Under the pieces are notes generated by a model that saw only the letters and a list, made by a program, of their open reading frames with translations, did no database searches and was not told the DNA's origin. A program made the translations under genes and the position numbers. A DNA stretch of 64,000 nt, taken from positions 186,001-250,000 of the forward strand of contig CAWKCK010000001.1 of NCBI GenBank assembly GCA_963848135.1, read 5' to 3'. The DNA is from an uncultured delta proteobacterium. Its GTDB lineage: Bacteria; Desulfobacterota; Desulfobacteria; Desulfobacterales; SG8-13. Shown here piece by piece: positions 1 to 9,824 of the stretch (positions are counted from its first letter, which is position 1; each line of letters starts with the position of its first letter).

Positions 1-496
1 CGGAATAAGAATACTCGATCCGCCATGTCCAAGGAATCGAGAACTCTGCGGATGTGTCAATGGATTCGATCCGGGGTTCTTCCACGGCGTACAAGAAACA
101 TGATTTCCGGCGACTGTCGTTATCACCGCAATCGGCAATCAGCAGATAGGGGCGATCGTCGAGGCGGAATGCCGCTAGATCCTCCCAGTCCCTGTTATGG
201 GCATTACGGATGCGCACCCGGCCACGGTTCGATCCGTCAACTCCGACGGCGTGAATCAGGGGGGGATTTCCCCCGTCATTGACGATCCATAACAGATCCT
301 TTTGTCGGCCGGAGGCGGCCATGCCGCTGGCTTCGAATATGGTGTCATCGGCCAGGTCGCCGAGATAGGATATTCCCGGACCAAATGCAGGGGGCCTGTC
401 AACAGACCCTTTCGGAAAGCCTTGTGAGCAAGCGATTACCAGGAGGGCACAAATGGCAATTGCCCAGAGGGTCGTGCGGGAACCTTTGGTCCGCAT
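1..496 (-). CDS. Lipoprotein, probable beta-propeller; 3' end lies outside the window
   Basis: Not in the ORF track because it runs off the edge. The ATG at 496 overlaps the upstream TAA. Manual translation gives MRTKGSRTTLWAIAICALLVIAC (lipobox), then EASGMAAS..WIVNDGG..DWEDLA..LLIADCGDN, open to base 1. Confidence 0.7.
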   Translation of the reverse strand, partial: MRTKGSRTTLWAIAICALLVIACSQGFPKGSVDRPPAFGPGISYLGDLADDTIFEASGMAASGRQKDLLWIVNDGGNPPLIHAVGVDGSNRGRVRIRNAHNRDWEDLAAFRLDDRPYLLIADCGDNDSRRKSCFLYAVEEPRIESIDTSAEFSIPWTWRIEYSYS

Positions 497-939
497 TATG
501 TGTGGCTCTCCGTTCCCATGGTTCCAAGCAGCATATACGTTACCTGGGCCACGGCGATGTGAGTACGGTTCGCATCGTAAAGATCGACGGCTACCGGGCA
601 CAGGGTTCGGCCGGTTTTTATGACGCGGGCTTCGGCGGTGACATCGCTGAGACAAGGCGCCAGGAAACGGATATTCATATCGGTGGTGGTCAGTCGTACG
701 TTCGGCCCGGTTTCGGTAAAAATGGCAAAGCAGGATGTACTGTCGGCCACGGTCATCAGCAATCCTCCATGAAAGGACTCGAAAACGCCATCGTATTTCC
801 GGTGCCGGGGTACCCGGAGAGAGCAAAACCCCTTGGAAAGAGATAGAATTTCCAAGGAGAGGGTTTTGACAATCGGGATTTTAAGCACACGATCCTTAAT
901 TGCCGTGACCAGCTCCGGAGATAGGGTTTTGGTTGCCAT
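496..939 (-). CDS. PaaI-family hotdog thioesterase
   Basis: FHGGLLMTVADS motif, TTDMNIRFLAP, and ARVIKTGRTL. Confidence 0.9.
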   Translation of the reverse strand: MATKTLSPELVTAIKDRVLKIPIVKTLSLEILSLSKGFCSLRVPRHRKYDGVFESFHGGLLMTVADSTSCFAIFTETGPNVRLTTTDMNIRFLAPCLSDVTAEARVIKTGRTLCPVAVDLYDANRTHIAVAQVTYMLLGTMGTESHT

Positions 940-960
940 AACAGTTTATCTTCCTTTCGA

Positions 961-2961
961 TCATTCCAGGTTTTCAGTTGTCGGCGCCACGTTAACGAAA
1001 CAATCGTAATAAGCCGCCTGCTCACCCATATCGGAAATCCTGTCCGCGGTCAGAACATTGACAGAACCGCTCTTGTGCCACCAGCCTTGCTCGATTGTTA
1101 TTGCCTCCGCTGCCGAACCGCTGTTACACTGGATCTTAACCATTAGCGAACCGCGTTCGGAGAATACTCTTGCGTACCCGCCGTCTGTGAGACGGAAGGC
1201 CCTGAGCGTTTCAGGGCTGACCGTCGCCTCCGGCATGTCATCGGTGAAAGCGAAGTGCTGGGAGTGCATTGCGTCTCGCCGGTGAGGCGTTATGAGCCTT
1301 AGAGGATACTCCGGTTTCCCCGAAGCGGCCGCGACATATGTCGCCACAGGACTACTGCCGTCAGCCAACGCCAGATCAGAGTAGAGTTCGAATTTGCCGC
1401 TGGGCGTTTCAAATTGACCGTTCTGCCAGGGAACCGCTCGATCTGGAAGAAAAAAGGGCGTGCGTTCCAGGTCTTCAAGATCCACACCGCACGTCTCTGT
1501 CAACGGCCGAATGGCTTCCTCCAAAAATGTCCGTTGTCCGTATCGAGGGTACTGTGAAAGCCCCAAGCGGTCCGATAGCTTTCTGTAGATTTCGTATTCA
1601 CCCATGATACCTGCCGGCGGTGAAACCACCCGACCGGAATAGTTGACATAAGGAGAGAACATACTTGAAAAAATGATATCCTCTTCCTCCAGCACGCTGG
1701 TGCACGGCAGGATCAAGTCGGCATGACGGGCCGTGTCGGTCATGAACAAATCGATGACGACCTTGTAGTCTATCTCCGTGAATGCCGCGGTGGTTCGGTT
1801 GATGTCCGGACCCTGGACCAGCGGGTTGGCCTTTGATACGAAGATGCATCGGATCGGAGGGGCGTTTTCCTTTTCAAGGAATTCGGCCAGGCGGGCAATG
1901 GAGAACGTTCGCCGGTTGCGGGCGTGGGCCTGACTTTTTTTAAAATCACCACCAATGTAGTCGGGAAAAAACCGGTTGGCATAGTTGACGCCGCCCCCGC
2001 TGACACCAATGTTTCCGGTAATGGCGCCAAGGGCATCGATGCTGCGGACCGTGTTTCCTCCGTTGCCGTATCTCTGAAGACCGTAACCGATAAAAATGCT
2101 GGCAGGCTTTTTCTCGGCGTAGGTTTGCGCCAGCCAAGTCAGGGTCTCTTGGGAAATACCGGTCACGTCAGCGGTCCACTGGAGCGTGCACCGTTGAACC
2201 GCCCGTCGAAAACGCTCAAATCCATGCACGCGTTTTTTTATGAATTCGGCATCGTGTCGGCCGCTTGATATGATCGCCTGTGCCAGGCCCAGGGCCAAGG
2301 CGCCGTCTGTGGCCGGTCGTACCGTCAAGTGGTGATCGGCGAGTTCGGCCGAGGCCGAACGGCGGGGGTCGATGAGAACGATTGTTGCGCCGGATTGCCG
2401 GGCCGTTTGGATATGCGGTACCAGGTGCCTGTTGGTGTCGATCGGGTTGCGGCCCCACAAGATGATCAATTTAGATTTTTCAATGTCTGCAGGGTGGTGA
2501 CCGCGGACCTCACCGAAATCGTAACGTTGGGCCGCAATGCCTGCTCCCCAGCACAGGCTGCCGCGTGGCACCGTGACCCCGCCAAGATAGTTGAAAAAGA
2601 TCTCGTCCGCCTTTTTAACCAGGCCCCCATGGCCACCGCCGGCGTAATTAAGGATGGCTGAGGAGTCGAATTCCCCGATTGTCTGGCGCAGCTTAGAAGC
2701 GATTTCGTCAAGGGCTTGGGTCCAGGTTACCGGGACCCAAGCGCGGCCGGACTTTTTGAGAGGAGATGTCAATCGCTGCGGGTGGTAGAGTCGTTCAAGC
2801 AGTTTCAATCCTTTAATGCAGCATACACCACGGGTCAAAGGGTGATCCTTGTCGCCCCGGATTTTTACGACACGGTTATCGATCACCGTTGCCACCAGCC
2901 CGCAAACGTCAAAGCAGTCAAGCGGGCAGGAGAAACGAACGTTCTTAGCAGGGCCTGTCAT
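961..2961 (-). CDS. Molybdopterin-dependent oxidoreductase (DMSO reductase superfamily)
   Basis: N-terminal CPLDCFDVC..CIKG Fe-S motif, IILWGRNP, DLFMTDTARHADLILP, TPSGKFE, and a C-terminal dinucleotide-binding domain (LITPH). Confidence 0.9.
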   Translation of the reverse strand: MTGPAKNVRFSCPLDCFDVCGLVATVIDNRVVKIRGDKDHPLTRGVCCIKGLKLLERLYHPQRLTSPLKKSGRAWVPVTWTQALDEIASKLRQTIGEFDSSAILNYAGGGHGGLVKKADEIFFNYLGGVTVPRGSLCWGAGIAAQRYDFGEVRGHHPADIEKSKLIILWGRNPIDTNRHLVPHIQTARQSGATIVLIDPRRSASAELADHHLTVRPATDGALALGLAQAIISSGRHDAEFIKKRVHGFERFRRAVQRCTLQWTADVTGISQETLTWLAQTYAEKKPASIFIGYGLQRYGNGGNTVRSIDALGAITGNIGVSGGGVNYANRFFPDYIGGDFKKSQAHARNRRTFSIARLAEFLEKENAPPIRCIFVSKANPLVQGPDINRTTAAFTEIDYKVVIDLFMTDTARHADLILPCTSVLEEEDIIFSSMFSPYVNYSGRVVSPPAGIMGEYEIYRKLSDRLGLSQYPRYGQRTFLEEAIRPLTETCGVDLEDLERTPFFLPDRAVPWQNGQFETPSGKFELYSDLALADGSSPVATYVAAASGKPEYPLRLITPHRRDAMHSQHFAFTDDMPEATVSPETLRAFRLTDGGYARVFSERGSLMVKIQCNSGSAAEAITIEQGWWHKSGSVNVLTADRISDMGEQAAYYDCFVNVAPTTENLE

Positions 2962-2993
2962 TGCACGCTCTCTTTTATCTTAATGTTCTTCAT

Positions 2994-4190
2994 TTAATGG
3001 GGAATTCTCCCGGCGACCAGGAAGAGTCGTAGTCCGCCATGCTGAATCGACAGATGACTGGTAGAGAAGGGTACCTTCTTAAGAAGGCTCTGCCGCGGAA
3101 CGACCAATCCGACTTTCCAGCCGCGCCATTTGGTTTTCAATCGGTTTAGCAGCTTATCAAACATACGGTTGCTATGTTCCACGGAGCCCATGCGCCGGCC
3201 AAAAGGCGGGTTCAGGGTCAACAGCCCGGGCGTACGGCTGAACTCTTCCGGGAGCAGATTGAAGAAATCGCGATTCGCAACCCGTATGGTCTGCGAAAAA
3301 CCGCTATCGGCACTGTTTTTTACCATGGCGTCGCAGGCCGCCGGATCGATATCGGCCGCAAATATAGCGGCGATTTCGGTGTCTATGATTTCCTGTTGCA
3401 GACCTTTGCGGATATACTCCCAGCGTTTTCTGGTGAGGTGGAAGGCCGGCCATTCGGAAAAGGCAAAGTCCCTTAACCAACCGGCTGGTATTTTCCGGGC
3501 CTGCATTGCCGCTTCGAGTGAGAACGAACCCGAGCCGCACATCGGATCAACCAAGGGTTCCGGCGGGGCATAGTTCGCCAGCATCAAAACGGCTGCGGCA
3601 ACGGTTTCCCTCAGAGGGGCTGCGGTGACGTCTTTTTTCAGGCCGCGCCGGTAAAGATTTTCTCCGCTGCTGTCCAAGGAAACGGTAACCTTGTCATTCA
3701 ATATTCGAACAAAAAGTCTCTGACCATAGTGCTCCTTGTTGTCCGGTTGCAATTCGATCGTCATTTTACGCCACCGGCGGGAGATTTCGGACAAAAATCG
3801 ATTGCCGATTGCGCCGCTGTGGTGCAATCGGGATCGGTGGGTCGTGATCTGAAGGCGAGGAAGTGTTCCGGGCCACAGATAGAGTTCCCAGGGGAATTGG
3901 GCTAGATTTTTTTCCAGAGTATGAAAATTGGATGCTTTGAAGGTGTCGATGCGCATGAGAACCCGGTTGGCGGTGCGCAGACAGAGGTTGGCCTTGTAGC
4001 CGTCCTGAAGGTGCCCTGTGAAAGTGACGCCGCCGGTGGTCAGGGACTTTTTCGACGTGCTCAGGGACAACGCCTGCAATTCCTTCAGGCACAGCGGTTC
4101 GAGACCCGGTGCCGTTGCAGCGAAGAATTCGGCTGTTCGAGCGATGACCTGCCGCCTGAGGCGTTTTTCAAATGCCGTTAAATCAGTCAT
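2994..4190 (-). CDS. THUMP-domain SAM-dependent RNA methyltransferase (RlmL/YpsC-like)
   Basis: LRTANRVL, SLDSSGENLYRRG, APLRETVAAA, DPMCGSG, NPPFG. Start placed at ATG 4190; the ORF track extends to 4244. Confidence 0.85.
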   Translation of the reverse strand: MTDLTAFEKRLRRQVIARTAEFFAATAPGLEPLCLKELQALSLSTSKKSLTTGGVTFTGHLQDGYKANLCLRTANRVLMRIDTFKASNFHTLEKNLAQFPWELYLWPGTLPRLQITTHRSRLHHSGAIGNRFLSEISRRWRKMTIELQPDNKEHYGQRLFVRILNDKVTVSLDSSGENLYRRGLKKDVTAAPLRETVAAAVLMLANYAPPEPLVDPMCGSGSFSLEAAMQARKIPAGWLRDFAFSEWPAFHLTRKRWEYIRKGLQQEIIDTEIAAIFAADIDPAACDAMVKNSADSGFSQTIRVANRDFFNLLPEEFSRTPGLLTLNPPFGRRMGSVEHSNRMFDKLLNRLKTKWRGWKVGLVVPRQSLLKKVPFSTSHLSIQHGGLRLFLVAGRIPH

Positions 4191-4272
4191 TCGATTCCTT
4201 GTCCGGTTTTTGCCTGCCGATGGTATCAGTTCACAGTGCTGCAACGTCCATTGTGCATCAGACCACAGAATT

Positions 4273-4380
4273 GTAAGCGTTTACAGGGTGCCGCGGATGC
4301 AAGGCGTCGGGTGCGCAGACGTACTATTGTACTTCAAGTGCCCGACAACAAAGCAGATGCGGTGCCCTGTAAATGCTTAC
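4273..4380. repeat. 108-bp imperfect palindromic intergenic element (REP/MITE-like)
   Basis: GTAAGCGTTTACAGGG...CCCTGTAAATGCTTAC terminal inverted repeat with a nested inner arm pair (GTCGGGTGC/GTGCCCGAC). Confidence 0.6.
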
Positions 4381-4445
4381 CGCCGATGTCATGATGTCTG
4401 CCAGCTTGATATCCTCTTGTGCTCGCTGTGATGCTCCAGACCCTT

Positions 4446-5468
4446 TTATTCCTGGCTTCGCGCCCGGATCAGGGCCGGTGCCTTGTCGTCTTGTTCCTGT
4501 TTGAACTGCAAGAGGATGATGGCGGCGATGACGAGACATCCGCCGAGAATCTGGAGCGTATGCATGCGTTCATTGAGGAAGAAGAAAGCGATGGCGCCGG
4601 CGGTTATCGGCTCGAGGATAGCCGTGATGCTGGCGCGGGTCGAGCGGATCAAATTGACGCCTTCCAGGTAGAGCCCGAAGGGAAGGAGGGTGCCCATGAC
4701 GCCAATGTATAAAATCCAGCCCCATTCTACGGCCGTGTATCGATGAAAAAACGCCTCCAGCGGTGGATGAAGGAGGTTCCACACCAACGCGGCGAACAAA
4801 ATTGCATAGAACAGCACCGTCCATGGACTGTACCGGCGCATGCCGTATTCCCCGTGGATCGAGTACCACGCAAATGCAACGGCTGACAGGATGCCGCTGG
4901 CGACGCCGGCCAGGTTCATGCTCAAAAGCGCGAGATCGTAAGCACCGACCACAAAGTAGCATCCCACAGTCGCACCCGATAGCGCCAACACGGTCGATGG
5001 GCTTAGTCGATCTCGGGAAATGACGACCGCATGCAGGGCGATGAAAGACGGGGCCAGGTATTGCAGTAGGATCGCGGCCGCAACATTGATCTTGCTGATG
5101 GCGTACAGGTAGGTGAACTGACAGGCGCCCATCCCGGCGGTTCCGAAAAGAGCAAAGTACCATACGTCCCCGGGCGCAATCCTTAACAGGGCCGGGTTGC
5201 GAAGGGACAGCCAAACCAGCAGGCTCAACACGGCGATTGTGAGCCTGAGTTGCACCAGTTGAAAGGGGGAGATCCCGCTGTTGAAAAGGAATTTGGCCGC
5301 GGAACCGGATACACCCCAAAGAACAGCGGCCAGAATGACGTAGAGGTAACCCCTCCGGACGTCGACAGATCCAATTTCTGATTTCATTGCGGTCATGGGT
5401 GACGTATTGTTAACCGACACATCGCACCGGTGCTGCGTCAGCTGAAAGACAGTGAGTCCGAATGCCAT
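4446..5468 (-). CDS. EamA/DMT family transporter
   Basis: Ten hydrophobic segments; LWGVSG, AILLQYLAP, ASITAILEP motifs. The true start is probably downstream, near 5396 or 5387. Confidence 0.9.
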   Translation of the reverse strand: MAFGLTVFQLTQHRCDVSVNNTSPMTAMKSEIGSVDVRRGYLYVILAAVLWGVSGSAAKFLFNSGISPFQLVQLRLTIAVLSLLVWLSLRNPALLRIAPGDVWYFALFGTAGMGACQFTYLYAISKINVAAAILLQYLAPSFIALHAVVISRDRLSPSTVLALSGATVGCYFVVGAYDLALLSMNLAGVASGILSAVAFAWYSIHGEYGMRRYSPWTVLFYAILFAALVWNLLHPPLEAFFHRYTAVEWGWILYIGVMGTLLPFGLYLEGVNLIRSTRASITAILEPITAGAIAFFFLNERMHTLQILGGCLVIAAIILLQFKQEQDDKAPALIRARSQE

Positions 5469-5901
5469 ATCGGAACGATAGCGATTCTTTATTGTGACGA
5501 GCCGAATTGATAGTAAGAATTTTTCGGTCCATCGGAATTCTCAAATGCCGTGCGAAATAGGTCCGCCACAAGCATTGTCAGACTATCAGGGGGGGATACC
5601 ATTGTAAATCTGTTTTAACAGCAACTGTTGAAAAACAATTGCGCTTGACAATACGGCGTTAATGGCTGAAGCGGGGCCCTTCCCCCGTTTCAGCGAAAAT
5701 GCTCATTTATCACAAATAAACTCCGCTTTTTCGTCGGATTTTTCCAGATTAATCGACCTTATCACAAGTCATACGAAACTACAGTTAGCTTGGAGGTTTC
5801 TTGGTTATGGTTAGTGTTGGCTGTGGGCGGTTTTGAGCTTGTTACCTCTTGTTTTTTATTGCCGGTGACGTCTCTAATTACTATCCACCTAAGTTCGCAA
5901 A

Positions 5902-6666
5902 TTATATTTCATCAAATCCAAAGATCGCTGACTGCATTCTTTTCACGCCTGCAAGCGCTCTTTGGCTAAGGTTCATATAGACTCTAAGATCGTGTGCTTT
6001 CTTCTTATATTCTCTTACATCCTCCTCTGACCAGAAGAGTAGCGATTTTCGTCAGAATATGTCTACAATGCTTGGTTCTTTTGTATTTGCCAGGGTCACT
6101 ATCGGCAGGCAGAACATGGGATCGGACCCAGGAGTCACCTTTTTGATATTTAATTCGCTATCAAGCGCGATCTCCATCGGTCTACCGCTATTGGCACATT
6201 CTGCCTGAATAGTAAAAGACAATTCCTTTCTTAGTAATCTCCCATACACGAAGGGAGCCGCGAATGCGTCTGCGCCTCATGCAGCAAAAAATTGCTCACC
6301 GGAAGAGGCAGTCATTCTGAATCCCGTGTTTTCAAGTGATAGCGGATAGGCCCAATTTATCCTCGAACCATCGCTCCGATAAATGAACGTTTTTAAGTTT
6401 TCAAGTTTGATAATAATTTGAAGCACCTGATCATTTGACATCCCTAATTGCTCGGCGACCAGCTCAGCTGTAATAGGGGCTTTGACAACCGCCATTTTCT
6501 TTACGATAAAATGATGGATGCTACGCTCCTCACTCGTTAAAGAATCTGCATTGGCCTTGGCACTTTTTTCGCCTTTTCTCGCTCCTTTATCTGAAAGCAG
6601 CATAGGGATTCGCATCATTAAACCGCGAAAACCCATGTACAATTTATGTTTCAAATCATTTTTCAC
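5902..6666 (-). CDS. MerB (organomercurial lyase)-like protein with two in-frame TGA codons, predicted double selenoprotein of about 254 aa
   Basis: ORFs 6277-6696 and 6052-6249 plus 5902-6051 share one frame, separated only by TGA at 6277-6279 and 6052-6054. Read-through gives FFAA-U-GAD..AECANSG..DIF-U-RKSLLFWSEE, matching MerB LYAW-C-ALD..SHCAATG..SF-C-CHVHFFAS. GTG start at 6666 follows a G-rich RBS. Confidence 0.85.
6022..6039 (-). promoter_or_regulatory. Candidate bacterial SECIS hairpin for the second UGA
   Basis: mRNA CUCUUCU-GGUC-AGAGGAG, a 7-bp stem with a GGUC loop starting 12 nt after the UGA. It resembles the E. coli fdhF SECIS apical loop and spacing. Confidence 0.7.
6239..6257 (-). 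promoter_or_regulatory. Candidate bacterial SECIS hairpin for the first UGA
   Basis: mRNA CUCCC-UUCGUGUAU-GGGAG, starting 19 nt after the UGA, with G in the loop. Confidence 0.5.
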
Positions 6667-6944
6667 TTGTTTGCCCCCCCACCTGCTATTTGTCAATCAA
6701 ACCATATTTATAATCACCAGTTGGTACCACTGTACTCCGCGAGGCTTTGATTTGTTCTTTGATTATAGGCATTGTTGATACATTGAGAGTATCCCAAAAA
6801 TTAATTCCGGCCTTGTGTAGACCCTACATAATTAAATGAAGCGCTTATTTGTCGGTATTTGGATTACCAACTGCGACTAATCTCACCGGCAACGAAAAGT
6901 GTAGCGGAAATACTTTTCGGGGTCACGTCTTGTTAGCACGTAAT

Positions 6945-7775
6945 TTATTCGGAGTTTGGAATTACATCGATCATTCCAGCATTTTTTCTGAACATTTTTT
7001 TTCGATTGATCCAAACAATCAGAACAGCAGCAGCTACAAATAAAACTGTGTCGTAAGGCTGTGCGTCAGGCCAAATTGGATTGATAAGTTGAAAATGGAA
7101 CAGCGCTGGCAACAGGATACTGCCCTTTGAATCGTTGAACAACTGAGTCACGATCACGCTTACGGCAACCGAGCCAACAAAAAAAGGAGTGAAAGACCAG
7201 GCGCTTTGGGGTGTACCGCTCAAAAGGAATGCTGGAAAGTGCCACAACCCCCAGATGACGCCTAAAATCAACCCTGCCCAGATCGGAGAGAGTCTGCGTT
7301 GCAGTAGCGGCAGCGCCAGTCCCCGCCAACCAAACTCTTCGACAGGACCCTTTATTGCCATGAGCATCGAAGCAACTACAAGCGCTTGAAACGATGAAAT
7401 GGGAAACGGTTCCGCAAGCAGGTTTCCCTTCATCGCGGAACCTCCGTAGAAAAGAAGCGGAATACCAATGATCAGAAAGGCGTACCATGATCTTGAACAA
7501 CGCCAAAGCAACAGCCGGGAAAAGTAGCGCCGCAAGCCATTTACGCCACTGCTGAATGTAATAATGATGAAGGCTGAAATCGCTGGTGCATAGACTGCCA
7601 GAAAAAATAGCGGATGTTGCCCGGTCAATTCCCCGAAAATCGGTGTCATTCTGTCTGGAAGTAAGATGAAAAGAGCAAGAATACCCCATGCCAAACCGAA
7701 AGCGATAACCAGAAATGGGACGATAGCAATGCTGGGAACCTGGCGCAAACAGGTTTTCGAGGAGCCGGTGGCCAT
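6945..7775 (-). CDS. CPBP (CAAX/Abi) family intramembrane glutamic endopeptidase
   Basis: EEFGWRG, WGLWH and ALFH motifs in a hydrophobic protein. Confidence 0.9.
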   Translation of the reverse strand: MATGSSKTCLRQVPSIAIVPFLVIAFGLAWGILALFILLPDRMTPIFGELTGQHPLFFLAVYAPAISAFIIITFSSGVNGLRRYFSRLLLWRCSRSWYAFLIIGIPLLFYGGSAMKGNLLAEPFPISSFQALVVASMLMAIKGPVEEFGWRGLALPLLQRRLSPIWAGLILGVIWGLWHFPAFLLSGTPQSAWSFTPFFVGSVAVSVIVTQLFNDSKGSILLPALFHFQLINPIWPDAQPYDTVLFVAAAVLIVWINRKKMFRKNAGMIDVIPNSE

Positions 7776-7955
7776 ATGAGATCTCTTTAAAAGTGATAGC
7801 AAAATACAAGCTGGACTGAACATTCGCTGCTAAAAATTTAAATTCCCTTCGATGCTGGTATGCTACTACAAGTATCAAAAGGTTCCAACAGGCCACAAGA
7901 TGTTAGGCTCTAATGAAGTTGGCTTAATCCATATTCTAAAGTTGTCATTCAGATT

Positions 7956-9584
7956 TTATACATTCGGTTTCTTAATCCTCATTTTTTTAATCCGTGAAGA
8001 CAGGGTAGTTGGTTTAACTCCAAGAAGTTGCGCTGCTCCCCCAGCACCGTAAATCTTCCAATTGCTTTTTTTCAAAGCGGCGAGGATGTTCTGCCGTTCC
8101 AGTCGTCGCATTTCGGATTCGGGAATAATTAGCCCTTCATCATTCGATTCCAATTCGATTGCGGTTACCCGGTGCGATTTGCTAAGTCCATCATCATGCG
8201 GCAGGACGAACTGGAGTGCACGACCTTGGGAGGTGATTGCTGCACGTTCGATGATATTCTGGAGCTCGCGCACATTTCCTGGCCAATCATAATTCTGAAG
8301 CTGTTCAAGGTTGGATGCGGATAATCGTGGAAGCCTATGAATTCCTCTCTTTTGGATTAACCCTAAAAAATGTTCGGCAATTAAAGGTATATCTTCTTTG
8401 CGAAGCCGAAGTGGAGCCACCTCGATGGGAAAAACATTGAGGCGGTAATAAAGGTCCTGACGAAAACTTCCCTTTGCAATATCCTTCTTCAAATTGCGGT
8501 TGGTAGCGGCGATGATGCGTACATCCACTTGTCGTGTTACCTCTTCGCCGACACGTTCGTATTGACCATCTTGTAACACCCGAAGGAGTTTGCTTTGCAG
8601 GTCAAGTGGAATTTCGCCAACTTCGTCAAGGAAAAGCGTCCCACCATCAGCGGCTTCAAACCTTCCCGCCCTATCTCTTACTGCACCGCTGTATGCACCT
8701 TTGACATGGCCGAAAAATTCACTCTCATATAGTTCCCTATTTATGGAAGCGCAGTTGACTTTTATAAGCGGTCGATCATGCCGTTTACTGCATTTGTGTA
8801 TCTCACGGGCAACAAGCTCTTTACCAGTACCGGATTCACCAAAAATAATAACGTTGGCGTCAGTAGGAGCAACCAGCTCAACTTGCTTCAAAACGCTTTG
8901 CAGGGCATCGCTTTGACCAATAATATCGCCGAAGGCGCGGGCTTCTTTTACTTCCTCTCGCAGGTATGAACACTCCAACTCCAACTGATCTTGAAGTCGC
9001 TGTATCTTCTCAAACGCCCGTGCGTTGGCGATGGCGGTGGCGGCATGATCGGCGATCATCTGCATCCAGACAAGTTCTTCATGCTTCAATCGGAGGCGAG
9101 TGAAAACTGCTAAAACGCCTAGTACCTCTCCTTTGTAGAGCAACGGCTGACCGCCAAAGCCGAGAATCCCTTCTCGCCGTGTCCATCCAGGCCGGGCGAT
9201 CCATTTGGAATCCTTTTCGATGTCGTTCACCTCCACGGCCTTGCCGGTGGCGGCAATCCACCCAACCTTACGGGCCCCCAGCGGAAACCGGCTAAAATCT
9301 CCATCGAGACGGGACCAATCAGCATGCTTGTCGGCCAGGGGGCGTCCTTCACTTGCCACCAAATGAAGGCACGTGGCCTTGTCATCACAAGCCGTTTCTT
9401 TGGCTGGGCAGGGACAGCCACCTTCTTGGATCAACCAAATCCGTGCCAGCGCAACGTGGGGACGCCGGGAAAGTTGCCGAACTATCATTTCTAAGAGCGT
9501 GGCAACGGTGTGTTCTTGGGCCATCTCCAGGAGAAGGGTCTTGAGGGGTTCGTGGTCCGGTTCGTAATCGCGGTCAAATTCCAT
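7956..9584 (-). CDS. Sigma54-dependent transcriptional activator (GAF + AAA+ + HTH; FhlA-like)
   Basis: GESGTGKE, ESEFFGHVKGAYSGA (GAFTGA variant), FLDEVGE, WPGNVREL, C-terminal HTH. Confidence 0.95.
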   Translation of the reverse strand: MEFDRDYEPDHEPLKTLLLEMAQEHTVATLLEMIVRQLSRRPHVALARIWLIQEGGCPCPAKETACDDKATCLHLVASEGRPLADKHADWSRLDGDFSRFPLGARKVGWIAATGKAVEVNDIEKDSKWIARPGWTRREGILGFGGQPLLYKGEVLGVLAVFTRLRLKHEELVWMQMIADHAATAIANARAFEKIQRLQDQLELECSYLREEVKEARAFGDIIGQSDALQSVLKQVELVAPTDANVIIFGESGTGKELVAREIHKCSKRHDRPLIKVNCASINRELYESEFFGHVKGAYSGAVRDRAGRFEAADGGTLFLDEVGEIPLDLQSKLLRVLQDGQYERVGEEVTRQVDVRIIAATNRNLKKDIAKGSFRQDLYYRLNVFPIEVAPLRLRKEDIPLIAEHFLGLIQKRGIHRLPRLSASNLEQLQNYDWPGNVRELQNIIERAAITSQGRALQFVLPHDDGLSKSHRVTAIELESNDEGLIIPESEMRRLERQNILAALKKSNWKIYGAGGAAQLLGVKPTTLSSRIKKMRIKKPNV

Positions 9585-9597
9585 AAGGCAAAGTTAA

Positions 9598-9647
9598 ACG
9601 AAATTTCGTGTTTATTCAACGATAAATCGTTTATCACGATAAATCGT
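9598..9647. promoter_or_regulatory. Three palindromic ACGA-N4-TCGT boxes, probable enhancer (UAS) for the adjacent activator
   Basis: ACGAAATTTCGT 9598-9609, ACGATAAATCGT 9619-9630 and 9636-9647, 70-120 bp upstream of a -24/-12 promoter. Confidence 0.65.
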
Positions 9648-9717
9648 TTCAGCATGTTTACAGTAAGAAAACTCATATATCATAAAATAACGGATGGTTA
9701 AGAAATTTTCGAGGGTT

Positions 9718-9733
9718 TGGTACGCTCTTTGTA
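9718..9733 (+). promoter_or_regulatory. Sigma54 (-24/-12) promoter
   Basis: TGGTACG-CTCT-TTGTA against the consensus TGGCACG-N4-TTGCW, upstream of the 9825 operon and divergent from a sigma54 activator. Confidence 0.65.
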
Positions 9734-9824
9734 GTAGTCTTATCTAAACACGAACTGAAACAACAAAACGCATTCGATGCAACGAGATTAAAAAATAGAC
9801 CCACAAGCCAATAAGGAGGTTCAC

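Noticed and set aside
961..2961. Possible Sec-containing formate dehydrogenase
   Set aside because: The ORF is continuous, with Cys in GSLCWGAG and no internal TGA; substrate cannot be assigned.
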